From contig JAUIET010000002.1 in NCBI GenBank assembly GCA_030429735.1, forward strand, positions 292,414-356,413: DNA of 64,000 bases. The letters run 5' to 3'. The stretch comes from Gammaproteobacteria bacterium. Lineage in GTDB: Bacteria; Pseudomonadota; Gammaproteobacteria; Pseudomonadales; JAUIET01. The position numbers were made by a program, and so were the translations under genes. The notes under the pieces were generated by a model. It had not been told where the DNA came from. It worked only from the letters and a program-made list of their open reading frames with translations, and searched no databases. Positions 45,871 through 54,737 of this stretch are shown here, piece after piece (within the stretch, counting starts at the first letter, position 1; every line of letters starts with the position of its first letter).

Positions 45871-45955
45871 ATGCCTTTCCGCATCAGTTTGCGATACTCA
45901 GCTTTGTGGTCGCCACTTACGGTTGGTCGCAGTTCGAATCACCAAGGAGATTGAG

Positions 45956-46675
45956 ATGAAAACGAAGTTAATGGTCTGCGTATTGGCCATGTTGTGGACG
46001 GCAAGTGCCGCTGCCTATGAAACGGGCGACATTTTTGTGCGGGTTGGCGCGGTAGGCGTTGTGCCCAATGAAAGTAGTGACGGCATTGCCGTGCCGGCCT
46101 TGTCTATTGCGCCCATAGCGGGCACTGAAGTAGAGATAGGGAATGAGACCCAGCTTGGCTTGACCATCAACTACATGTTCTCGCCCACCTTGGGACTTGA
46201 CCTGTTGGCAGCTACCCCGTTCAAGCACAGCTTAACGGCAAATCTGGATGGTTTTCAGGCAGGGTTAAGTGTCCCTGCAGGCGAAACTCACCATCTTCCA
46301 CCAACTTTGTCAGTGGTGTACTACCCGATGGGTAATTCTTCCTCTGCCTTCCAGCCCTATATCGGTGCGGGGTTGAACTATACGATCATGTTTGACACTA
46401 AAGTCTCCGGTGAGCTTGAAGCCTTAACCGGTACCCTGGCTGGTGCCGCCGGGCCTGTCCCGCTTGAGCTTGACCTGGACAACTCCGTAGGTCTTGGCCT
46501 GCTGCTGGGCGCTGATTTCGCGTTGGATGACAAATGGCATATCAACGCGTCTGTTCGATGGATTGACATCAACACCGACGCCACGTTCACCTCAGCGCTT
46601 GGTGATACTATTACGGTTGGCAACGTGGAGATTGACCCGCTGGTATGGCAACTCAATGTAGGCTACACATTCTAG
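45956..46675 (+). CDS. ompW: outer-membrane protein OmpW
   Basis: 239 aa from ATG 45956 (AAGGAG SD) with a signal peptide ending ASAAA. OmpW-like beta-barrel ending NVGYTF. Confidence 0.85.
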   Translation: MKTKLMVCVLAMLWTASAAAYETGDIFVRVGAVGVVPNESSDGIAVPALSIAPIAGTEVEIGNETQLGLTINYMFSPTLGLDLLAATPFKHSLTANLDGFQAGLSVPAGETHHLPPTLSVVYYPMGNSSSAFQPYIGAGLNYTIMFDTKVSGELEALTGTLAGAAGPVPLELDLDNSVGLGLLLGADFALDDKWHINASVRWIDINTDATFTSALGDTITVGNVEIDPLVWQLNVGYTF

Positions 46676-46803
46676 CAAATCATAGAATTTATTAATGTCA
46701 GGTATTTATGCCTCTTGCTCGCGCTCAGTAATATTGTTAGAATCAGTTGTTAGGTTGTTATTGGGCGTGAGTGTTCTCGTCGCGTAGATTGGTGGCAAAT
46801 AAC

Positions 46804-47784
46804 ATGTGGTTCCAGGCCTTGCGAACCATGCCGAAAGTGAACACCGAGCAATGGCTGGGACTGAACATTGTCAGTCGCTGGTTAATTGCCAGCCGAGCGT
46901 CGGTGTTACTGATGACGTTTACGTCTGCAGCAATTGGCGGCCTGCTGGCCTGGCGCGAGGACTCCTTTCAAGTTCATTACTTCCTGCTGGCTGTATTTGG
47001 CTTGTTGTTTGCGCACGCATGCAACAATCAGATCAACGATCTTACCGACTCGGTTCGGGGCGTTGATAAAGATAACTATCATCGAACACGCTATGGTACT
47101 CACGTGCTCGAAGACGGCCTGCTCACGCGACAGTCACTGCTCGCATACATCGTCTGTACAGGCTTTCTGGCGGTGCTGTGCGGTGTGTTATTGGTCGTTC
47201 AGATTGGTGGTGCCACTGGCTACCTGATGGCCGCCGGTGCACTGTTTGTTCTGTTTTATACCTACCCTCTCAAGTACATAGGTCTTGGTGAAATCGCGGT
47301 GTTAGTGTGTTGGGGGCCTCTGATGATTGGTGGCACCTTTTATGTGTGCTCCGGATACTGGAGTTGGTCCGCTGCCTGGTTTGGATTGCTCTACGGGCTA
47401 GGCCCGACTGCGGTGTTGTTTGGCAAGCACACTGATAAAATCGACGCCGACAGACAAAAAGGCATACGCTCCTTGCCAGTCATCATCGGCGAATACTGGT
47501 CCAGGCGGTGTGTACTGTATATGGTGTATGCACAGTATGCGGGGGTTGTGCTGTTCGTCGCCTGTTTTGGTTTTGGCTGGCCAATCCTGCTGGTGCTACT
47601 GAGTATTCATGCATTGCCGGCGTTGCAGCAGGCATTTACTCATGTACCGCCGCTGGAAAAACCCAGTGATTTCCCGGCTGAAATTTGGCCCCTGTGGTAC
47701 ACAGCCTATGCGTTTGACCACACCAGGAATTTCAGCGCATTGCTACTCACAGGTCTGTTGATTGACATTGCTATCAGTGCCTAG
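46804..47784 (+). CDS. UbiA-family prenyltransferase (MenA-like)
   Basis: About 8-9 TM helices and an Asp-rich motif NNQINDLTDSVRGVD. The start is uncertain (46771 or 46804). Confidence 0.75.
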   Translation: MWFQALRTMPKVNTEQWLGLNIVSRWLIASRASVLLMTFTSAAIGGLLAWREDSFQVHYFLLAVFGLLFAHACNNQINDLTDSVRGVDKDNYHRTRYGTHVLEDGLLTRQSLLAYIVCTGFLAVLCGVLLVVQIGGATGYLMAAGALFVLFYTYPLKYIGLGEIAVLVCWGPLMIGGTFYVCSGYWSWSAAWFGLLYGLGPTAVLFGKHTDKIDADRQKGIRSLPVIIGEYWSRRCVLYMVYAQYAGVVLFVACFGFGWPILLVLLSIHALPALQQAFTHVPPLEKPSDFPAEIWPLWYTAYAFDHTRNFSALLLTGLLIDIAISA

Positions 47785-47878
47785 CTTTTGCCTGCTTATC
47801 CACTAACACGGTTTCAGTGGTAAGCTAGCGGCTGCCCGTTCATGGTACACCGGGCTCTTCAGCGTCAATGAGGAACGT

Positions 47879-48196
47879 ATGATTATTAGTAATATAGAAG
47901 TTATTCCAGGTCGCCAGGTTGCAACGCATCTTGGCATGGTGCAGGGGAATACGGTACGTGCGAAGCACGCGGGCAAAGATATTATGGCCGGCTTCAAGAA
48001 CATATTTGGTGGTGAGCTGAAAAGTTACACCGAGCTGCTTACGGAAGCGCGTGAAGAGGCGGTGGCGCGCATGATCAGACAGGCGGAATCAATAGGCGCG
48101 AATGCAGTACTCAATGTGCGCTTCTCCACATCCTCCATCAGTGCTGGTGCAGCCGAGTTGTTCGCTTATGGCACGGCTGTGGTGCTTGAAGAATAA
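47879..48196 (+). CDS. ybjQ: YbjQ/UPF0145-family protein
   Basis: 105 aa with GMVQGNTVRAKHAGKDIMAGFKNIFGGEL, typical of YbjQ. Confidence 0.85.
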   Translation: MIISNIEVIPGRQVATHLGMVQGNTVRAKHAGKDIMAGFKNIFGGELKSYTELLTEAREEAVARMIRQAESIGANAVLNVRFSTSSISAGAAELFAYGTAVVLEE

Positions 48197-48642
48197 TGCT
48201 GTTAAATCTCACAATATTTCTATGCCTGGTATTTTTAGGCTACGTGTTTGGTCGTCATGCTGAGAAAAAACATTTCGAATCGATTCTTGAGCGCGAGAAT
48301 CAGTACAAAGCACTACTCGCATTCAGTGCACGTTTTCCACCGGCGGATATGGCCATTTCGGAATCGAAACTGGTGGGCGGAACGGTGGTCATATCAATTG
48401 ACTATTTCAAGCGACTTGCGGCGGGCCTGCGAAATATTTTTGGCGGGCCGGTCACATCCTATGAGTCCTTGATTGAGCGTGCACGTCGCGAAGCAATCTT
48501 GCGCATGAAAGAAGAAGCAATCGCGATGGGCGCGGAAATGATCATCAATGTAAAACTGGAAACCTCGTCCATTACCAAGGGCGCTGGTGATCAGGTGGGC
48601 GCGGTAGAGGTCTACGCATACGGTACGGCGCTAAAGCACTGA
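48196..48642 (+). CDS. membrane-anchored YbjQ-domain protein
   Basis: 148 aa with an N-terminal TM and then a YbjQ-like domain (LRNIFGGPVTSYE...VYAYGTA). Its ATG overlaps the upstream stop (TAATG). Confidence 0.75.
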   Translation: MLLNLTIFLCLVFLGYVFGRHAEKKHFESILERENQYKALLAFSARFPPADMAISESKLVGGTVVISIDYFKRLAAGLRNIFGGPVTSYESLIERARREAILRMKEEAIAMGAEMIINVKLETSSITKGAGDQVGAVEVYAYGTALKH

Positions 48643-49484
48643 TGCGCTATGAAAACCGCCAGATACCCGAGGGTATCAATGTAAGCACCGAGCATCCGCT
48701 GAAGGAGTTTAGTGCATTATTGCTCAGCCTGGTGGTGTTGGTAGGCGCGGTCGTCGTCGGACTATCAGTGCTGGCGGCCTATGCTGCGCCGCTTGTGCCG
48801 TTTCATGTTGAACAAAAAATTGTAGAGCAGACCGGCTCGGACTGGCTGCAGGCAGACCCTTTAAGCGTCGAACAGCAAGCCGTAAAGCAGTACCTGAAAA
48901 CGTTGGGCAGCGCGCTCGAGGCGAATATGGAACTGCCCGAAGCAATGACACTGACAGTGCACTATAGCGACAGCGAACTTGTCAATGCGTTCGCAACCCT
49001 GGGTGGTCATATCGTCATTCATCGGGGATTGCTTCGGGAAATGCCGCATGAAAACGCGCTGGCGATGGTGATGGCCCATGAAATTGCACACATCAAGTAT
49101 CGCCACCCCATTGTTGCCAGTGGAAGAGGTCTTACGGTAGGGCTGGCCCTAGCTGCTGTGGGTGGTTTTACCGACTCATCGGCCACCGGCTTGCTGATTA
49201 ATATTCTGGGCAGTGGCTCGATGTCCAGCTTCAGCCGCGGCCAGGAATCTGAAGCAGACGCTGAAGCGCTGAAGGCACTGCTTGCGCACTATGGCCATGT
49301 GAATGGTGCTGCCGATTTATTCAAAGCCCTGCATGATCGAACGGAACCGTCAAAGTTACTCGAGTTTTTTGGTACGCATCCCGCTGACCGGAAACGGATT
49401 GCGGCAATAGAACAATTTTCATTGAACATTTCACAAGGCAGTACGCAGCCTTTTCCGGAGAGCGTATTAAAAGCGGTCCATTAA
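48642..49484 (+). CDS. M48-family zinc metallopeptidase, membrane-anchored
   Basis: 280 aa with a TM segment and the HEIAH zinc motif. TGATG overlap with the upstream gene. Confidence 0.8.
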   Translation: MRYENRQIPEGINVSTEHPLKEFSALLLSLVVLVGAVVVGLSVLAAYAAPLVPFHVEQKIVEQTGSDWLQADPLSVEQQAVKQYLKTLGSALEANMELPEAMTLTVHYSDSELVNAFATLGGHIVIHRGLLREMPHENALAMVMAHEIAHIKYRHPIVASGRGLTVGLALAAVGGFTDSSATGLLINILGSGSMSSFSRGQESEADAEALKALLAHYGHVNGAADLFKALHDRTEPSKLLEFFGTHPADRKRIAAIEQFSLNISQGSTQPFPESVLKAVH

Positions 49485-49528
49485 CTGCGTTTTCCGATAC
49501 GCAACTTTTAGACTATAGGGATAGTTTT

Positions 49529-49882
49529 ATGAAACCTGCAGACATAAAAGAGCCAATAAGCTTTGACGACATTGCAAAGTTGGATATACGAGTTGGTACG
49601 ATAGACTCGGTCACTGAGGTGGCCAGGTCTGATAAGTTAATGAAACTTACCGTTGATTTTGGCGATCACAGCCGCTCGATTCTGGCCGGTATTAAACAAG
49701 AACGGGAAAACCCTAAAGAAATTGAAGGTAAGCAGGCTTTATTCGTGGTCAACATACCGGAACGGAAAATGGCCGGCGAATTGTCACAAGGTATGCTGTT
49801 TGATATTGGTTACGAAGACAAGTTAACACCATGTCTTGCTATGCCGGAAGTCGCAATGCCTAATGGCAGCCGCGCTGGTTAA
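49529..49882 (+). CDS. csaA: tRNA-binding-domain protein (CsaA/EMAP-like)
   Basis: 117 aa with LDIRVGTI...SDKLMKLTVDFGD, typical of CsaA. Confidence 0.8.
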   Translation: MKPADIKEPISFDDIAKLDIRVGTIDSVTEVARSDKLMKLTVDFGDHSRSILAGIKQERENPKEIEGKQALFVVNIPERKMAGELSQGMLFDIGYEDKLTPCLAMPEVAMPNGSRAG

Positions 49883-50084
49883 ACGTCCCTGGCATCCAGT
49901 AAGCGTATAGCCAATACATCGTGGCAATGCCAGGAATGCGCGCCATCACCAGACCACCCAATGCGGTGAGTGCCAGCGAAAGCACCAGCAGTGTTCGCGG
50001 CGAGTACTTATCGGCGATGGGGCCGCTCAGGGCATGGCTGTTGGAACCTGGGTGATTGCCTTTGCGATTATCTTGCGGGGCCAT
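49860..50084 (-). pseudogene. possible remnant of an MFS transporter gene
   Basis: A short ORF with an MFS-like stretch (LSGPIADKYSPRTLLVLSLALTALGG). It is far too short for a transporter, overlaps the csaA end, and may be spurious. Confidence 0.25.
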
Positions 50085-50086
50085 CT

Positions 50087-50521
50087 TTAAGAAGCCAGTA
50101 TTTCCGGCAGCGTTTCCAGACACGCAAGGTACGCTGAGGCGCCCAGACCGACGACTACAGCATCAACCGCCTTGGACACATAGGACACATGTCTGAACGA
50201 TTCTCGCAGGTGTGGGTTAGATATGTGCAGTTCAATTTTATAGCCGGAGAAAATTTTCAATGCATCATGAATAGCAATTGACGTATGCGTATACGCACCT
50301 GCATTGATAATCAGCGCGTCGGTATTTGAGATCGCCTGTTGAATCCACTCAATCAACTGGCCTTCATGGTTGGACTGTTTACAGTCCACCGTCAGACCCA
50401 GAGTTGCGCCCTTGGCAGTGCAGCGCTGTTCTATATCATGCAGTGTTTCATAACCATAGATTTCCGGTTCCCGAGTTCCGAGCATGTTCAGGTTTGGGCC
50501 ATTGAGTATCAACACGTTCAT
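50087..50521 (-). CDS. aroQ: type II 3-dehydroquinate dehydratase
   Basis: 144 aa with LILNGPNLNMLGTREPEIYG, AYTHTS and ELHISNPHLRE motifs. Confidence 0.9.
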   Translation of the reverse strand: MNVLILNGPNLNMLGTREPEIYGYETLHDIEQRCTAKGATLGLTVDCKQSNHEGQLIEWIQQAISNTDALIINAGAYTHTSIAIHDALKIFSGYKIELHISNPHLRESFRHVSYVSKAVDAVVVGLGASAYLACLETLPEILAS

Positions 50522-50964
50522 GCGGCGTTACCCTTAAGCTTGCGTGCCAAGGCGCGAATAGCGGCAGAATAACCGGCTGGTCCCATCCCAGATACCAGGC
50601 CTGCGCCTATTTCAGGTGAATCAAGGTAGGGTCGGCTGTTTACCTCGCTTAAAATATTTCGCTCGTGTACCTCAATAATTGGTATTCCGGTTTGTGCAAT
50701 GGCTTCAAATATTCCGAGCTCAACGGCAGCGCCTTTATTTGAGTTTTTGGCGTAATCCTCGTTGCTTACGATCAGTGCGTCGGTATCGTCCACAAGATGC
50801 GGGATTTTCTCAAGCGATTCCAACGTCGACACTACATGAATATCAAGGCCAATATTCAGCTGATCGGTCAGGCGCGCACATTGTTGTTCGATAGTTTCCA
50901 TAGCGGTCAGGGGTGTGCCAGTCTCACTTCGAAAAATCAGTAACAGTATTTTCTTGCTGTTCAT
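50518..50964 (-). CDS. divergent AroQ-like protein lacking key catalytic motifs
   Basis: 148 aa with 4-nt overlap with aroQ. It is collinear with AroQ (TDALIVSNEDYAKNS vs TDALIINAGAYTHTS; IEVHERN vs IELHISN; GMGPAGY vs GLGASAY). The NGPNLN/REPxxYG lid and HTS motifs are absent. Confidence 0.5.
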   Translation of the reverse strand: MNSKKILLLIFRSETGTPLTAMETIEQQCARLTDQLNIGLDIHVVSTLESLEKIPHLVDDTDALIVSNEDYAKNSNKGAAVELGIFEAIAQTGIPIIEVHERNILSEVNSRPYLDSPEIGAGLVSGMGPAGYSAAIRALARKLKGNAA

Positions 50965-51039
50965 GGTTTTAAATCAGTCACTCCCTTTCAATACGCGAAA
51001 AACCGGCCTTGCAGACTGTTTAATCGCAACACTGCGCGA

Positions 51040-51474
51040 TTACCTCGGCTCTGCAATAAACACTGGAATTTTTCGGGTGGTTTTGGCCTGATAATCATCG
51101 TAGGGAGGGTAGGCGGAGGCAGCCGCTTGCCAAAGCATGCTGCGCTCCTGCTCGTTGCTTACCTCTCGAACACGCATCTCAAACAATTCGGTTTTATCGC
51201 GTATCTGCACGTCGGGATTTGCACGCAGGTTGTACACCCAGGTAGGGTTCTTTGGTTGACCACCCATCGAGCCTATCAATACGTAGCTGCCATCGACTTC
51301 CACCCGCATCAGTGGAATTTTCCGAATAGCGCCGGTTTTGTTACCGGTATGGATGACCAGAATACATGGCATACCGGTGTCGAGCAGCGTGGTTCCCTCG
51401 GTACCGCCGCTGCTTTCGTAGAGTTCAACTTGCTCGCGTACCCAGTCCAGTGCGGGGGGAATATAGTCTGTCAT
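51040..51474 (-). CDS. DDN-family (deazaflavin-dependent nitroreductase-like, PF04075-type) protein
   Basis: 144 aa with HTGNKTGAIRKIPLMRVEVDGSYVLIGSMGGQPKNPTWVYNLRANP, typical of this family. Confidence 0.7.
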   Translation of the reverse strand: MTDYIPPALDWVREQVELYESSGGTEGTTLLDTGMPCILVIHTGNKTGAIRKIPLMRVEVDGSYVLIGSMGGQPKNPTWVYNLRANPDVQIRDKTELFEMRVREVSNEQERSMLWQAAASAYPPYDDYQAKTTRKIPVFIAEPR

Positions 51475-51638
51475 TTTTTGTGCTCTTTTTTACTACGTTA
51501 AATTTGGAAGCCTAACACGAAACCGTTTCAATCGCTTAGCCTGGCACCTCCCGCGTGCCTGCCATTTTCTGCGGCACCACGTCTGGTTGCGGTGCGTGTT
51601 TCAAGAGAGTAATGCGTACTGCTCAGAGGGCAAACACG

Positions 51639-51775
51639 ATGACTGATCTCAATGGCTGCGCCGAACCTTCAGAAATAACGACGGCCATTGCCTTTCCTGC
51701 CTCGGAAGAATGCACCTTTATAACCGGCGCGAAAATGACGGTAGATGGTGCTGCGTCAGCGATACATAAGGGGTT
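51639..51775 (+). pseudogene. 3' remnant of a short-chain dehydrogenase gene
   Basis: It translates to ...PSEITTAIAFPASEECTFITGAKMTVDGAAS, the typical SDR C-terminal segment. No upstream SDR body is present. Confidence 0.35.
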
Positions 51776-51780
51776 TAGAT

Positions 51781-52128
51781 TTACACCGTCGGTTCTGCGC
51801 TTCCCTGGCAAGCATCCAGAGCGTCGGCCATGCCACGCAGCGTTGCCGCGAGTGCAGTGGCTTCCAGCCGATACCTGACATGGCGACCATCGCGCTCGGC
51901 CGCCAATATGCCGGCTTCTTTGAGCATTTTCAGATGCCGCGAAACCCCGGAAAAATCGATGCCACAACACTCAACGATATCGCTGACCGTCGCTGCACTG
52001 CCATCTGCAGCAAGCGTGGCCACGATGGATATCCGCGTTGGGTCACACAAAGCCTTGAAAAACTCGGGTTGCAAGGCGTCGGACAAAGCCACCTTACAGC
52101 AGCTGGGAAGCGTATTATCTGCGGTCAT
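51781..52128 (-). CDS. arsR: ArsR/SmtB-family transcriptional repressor
   Basis: 115 aa with the winged HTH (LCDPTRISIVATL...VSRHLKMLKEAGIL). Vicinal Cys10-Cys11 and Cys54-Cys55. Confidence 0.85.
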   Translation of the reverse strand: MTADNTLPSCCKVALSDALQPEFFKALCDPTRISIVATLAADGSAATVSDIVECCGIDFSGVSRHLKMLKEAGILAAERDGRHVRYRLEATALAATLRGMADALDACQGSAEPTV

Positions 52129-52146
52129 GTTTTGAGGCTACATTAT

Positions 52147-52162
52147 TTGCATAGAAATGCAA
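52147..52162. promoter_or_regulatory. candidate ArsR operator, palindrome TTGCAT-agaa-ATGCAA
   Basis: The operator's near edge (52147) lies 19 nt upstream of the arsR start. It extends to an imperfect 26-bp dyad (52142-52167). A related motif lies upstream of arsI. Confidence 0.45.
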
Positions 52163-52289
52163 GTAATAGCCGGCATCGCGCAACTGCAATGTGTGTTTTC
52201 TATTGGCAGTAATTGTGCCATTATAAGTGGCCACGCAAAAATCGATGTGGTTTTGGCGATTTCTTACCCACTTATAAAGGCTGATCATC

Positions 52290-53063
52290 ATGCTGACGGA
52301 ACTTTTCTCTCTGCAGGGCAAAACCTGTGTTGTGACCGGTGGTTCACGTGGGCTTGGCTTTTTCATGGCCAAAGCGTTTTTAGGCGCGGGCGCAAAGCGC
52401 GTTTACATAACCGCGCGTAAAGCAGACGCCTGCACTGCGGCCGCGCAGGAGCTGTCCGAACTCGGCGAGTGTATCGCTTTACCTGGCGACATCAGTAGTA
52501 TGGACGAAGTAATGGCGCTGGCAGGCACTTTGAAAGAGCGTGAAGAAAGTATCGATGTGCTGGTAAATAATGCCGGGCGTGGTTGGCTGGAGAGCTTTGA
52601 AAATTTTCCGGAGATGGGTTGGGACAAAGTCATGGATCTCAACGTTAAAGCGCCATTCTTTCTAACCCGTGAGTTAACACCCTTGCTGGCAAATGGAGCC
52701 AGTGCCGATAACACCGCGTGTGTAATTAACATAGGTTCGGTTGCGGGTATTTGCGGCGAGACTGACACATTCAGCTATGCGCCAAGTAAATCCGCTATTC
52801 ACCAGGTCACTCGCAACCTTTCCGCGGTTCTTGCCAAACATCATATTCGGGTAAATGCGATTGCACCTGGGCGCTTTTTTACGGCCATGACAGAATACGT
52901 TGGCAAGGAGCAGTACGAGATGGAATGTGCCTCTATTCCGTTACGACGCTGGGGCGAAGAAAAAGACATTGCCGGCCTGGCCATTATGTTGGCCAGTACG
53001 GCGGGTGGCTTTATTACCGGGCAGATTATTCCGGTGGATGGCGGCCTGACAGTGGTCCGTTAA
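52290..53063 (+). CDS. SDR-family oxidoreductase
   Basis: 257 aa with TGGSRGLG cofactor motif and catalytic YAPSK. Confidence 0.9.
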   Translation: MLTELFSLQGKTCVVTGGSRGLGFFMAKAFLGAGAKRVYITARKADACTAAAQELSELGECIALPGDISSMDEVMALAGTLKEREESIDVLVNNAGRGWLESFENFPEMGWDKVMDLNVKAPFFLTRELTPLLANGASADNTACVINIGSVAGICGETDTFSYAPSKSAIHQVTRNLSAVLAKHHIRVNAIAPGRFFTAMTEYVGKEQYEMECASIPLRRWGEEKDIAGLAIMLASTAGGFITGQIIPVDGGLTVVR

Positions 53064-53106
53064 TCACGTTGGCGTTGCATTACCTGGCAGGTTCAGAGTG
53101 CGCCCA

Positions 53107-53120
53107 TTGATCTGAATCAA
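53107..53120. promoter_or_regulatory. FNR/Anr-type box, perfect (TTGATctgaATCAA)
   Basis: Its centre is 100.5 nt upstream of the patatin-2 start. The arms extend to 9 bp (CCCATTGAT/ATCAATGGG), so it could alternatively be the SDR terminator hairpin. Confidence 0.5.
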
Positions 53121-53213
53121 TGGGCACTGAAGCCTCACCACGCGCTGATAGGATAATGCACCAGCAGCACCTATACTTTATTGATGGATGTATGAAAAAA
53201 ATTAGGAATCGTT

Positions 53214-54629
53214 TTGGGTAAAGAACAGCAATTAGAGCGCGCGCTAAAAAACGCAAGCAGTTACCAGGAGTGGCGCGCAGCGGCACAAGCGCATGACAAG
53301 CATAAGGGGCTTGACCGATGGCGTAAGCAAGAGCAATGCCAGCAATACGATTACGTCTCTATACGTGAGCGCCTTGACCGGCTGCGTAGCCTAAAGGCCC
53401 GGCATAATAATCGTGGTCTACTGTATACACTCAACGAAGGCATACATGGCAACATGGGTGGCATGGGGCGAGCCGGATTATACGGACATGCACTGTCGGG
53501 CACCAAGCACCTGATTGAGCAGTACATCGAAGAAATTGTTCATACGCTGGAACTCATTGCAGATGATGACAGTGGTGATATCAGTGAAGAGGAAAAACTC
53601 GATTTCTTCCGCCGCGCAAGTCATTGTTTTGGTCATTCGGCCTTTATGATGAGTGGCTCGGGGTCGTTGTTGTACTTCCATGTGGGCGTTGCGCGTGCGC
53701 TGTTGGAGGAGGACCTGTTACCCTCGGTGATGTCGGGTTCCAGCGGTGGTTCGATCATTGGCAGTATCGTGTGCAGTCACACGGATGATGAATTGCGCGA
53801 TTTATTGAACGCCGATACCTTTTTACAGCAGGCACCTGAGGCATCCAAGAAGGCAGGTATTATGGACCCGGTGGATTTGGAAGAGGTGCTTAGCCAATAC
53901 CTGCCGGATGATCTGACGTTTCAAAAATCGTTTGAAAAAACGGGCCGCGCGATGAATGTATCGATAGCACCTGCAGAAACACACCAAAATTCGCGGTTAC
54001 TCAATGCAACAACCTCGCCCAGTGTGTTGATGCGTAGTGCAGTTATGGCCTCTGCAGCCGTGCCCGGTATTTTTCCGCCAGTGACTTTGCAGGCGCTGGA
54101 TGATGATGGCCAGCGCATGAGTTATTTGCCGTCGCGTCGTTGGGTGGATGGATCGGTAAGTGACGACATGCCGGCCAAGCGACTGGCGCGTTTGTACGGT
54201 GTGAATCACTACATTGTCAGCCAGACCAATCCTCACGTACTGCCGTTTGTTACCGACGGTCACCGCAAGCAAACCGCGCTGGGATTGTTGCAAACCGCGG
54301 GCCGCCGTGCCACCCGCGAATGGATTAATGCAGTCACTATGATTATTGATAAAGCCGACAAACGTAATGGGCCGGTCACCCAGGTGACCAGCCTTATGCG
54401 CTCCATAATCAACCAGGACTATGTGGGCGACATCAATATTCTGCCGGATTACCGGCTGATCAACCCAACGAATTTGCTGGGCTTTCCCGGTGAGAAGCAA
54501 ATACGCAAGCTGGTTGCGTCGGGCGAGCGGTGTGCGTGGCCAAAACTGGAGATGATTCGCCAGCAAACCAGGATCAGTCGCACGTTGCGCAAGATACTGC
54601 AGCGCTACGAAACAAGTGTTGTTGTATAA
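53214..54629 (+). CDS. patatin-like phospholipase/lipase with DUF3336-type N-terminus (paralogue 2)
   Basis: 471 aa (TTG start, uncertain) with MSGSGSLLYFHVG and GSSGG motifs. Long collinear similarity to 12919..14385. Confidence 0.85.
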   Translation: MGKEQQLERALKNASSYQEWRAAAQAHDKHKGLDRWRKQEQCQQYDYVSIRERLDRLRSLKARHNNRGLLYTLNEGIHGNMGGMGRAGLYGHALSGTKHLIEQYIEEIVHTLELIADDDSGDISEEEKLDFFRRASHCFGHSAFMMSGSGSLLYFHVGVARALLEEDLLPSVMSGSSGGSIIGSIVCSHTDDELRDLLNADTFLQQAPEASKKAGIMDPVDLEEVLSQYLPDDLTFQKSFEKTGRAMNVSIAPAETHQNSRLLNATTSPSVLMRSAVMASAAVPGIFPPVTLQALDDDGQRMSYLPSRRWVDGSVSDDMPAKRLARLYGVNHYIVSQTNPHVLPFVTDGHRKQTALGLLQTAGRRATREWINAVTMIIDKADKRNGPVTQVTSLMRSIINQDYVGDINILPDYRLINPTNLLGFPGEKQIRKLVASGERCAWPKLEMIRQQTRISRTLRKILQRYETSVVV

Positions 54630-54737
54630 GCAGCTAAGATAGAACGCCCCTGGTAGCTCGGCGGCCAGTGTTTTGCCATCGTATGCTGATTGGTACACAA
54701 TGCGCTTTGTATTGAAGCACACGCTGGAGCCAAGCTA

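Noticed and set aside
53997-54722. 241-aa ORF on the minus strand
   Set aside because: It is entirely antisense to the well-supported patatin-2 gene. It has a low-complexity, Arg/Gln-rich composition and no motif, so it is a shadow ORF.
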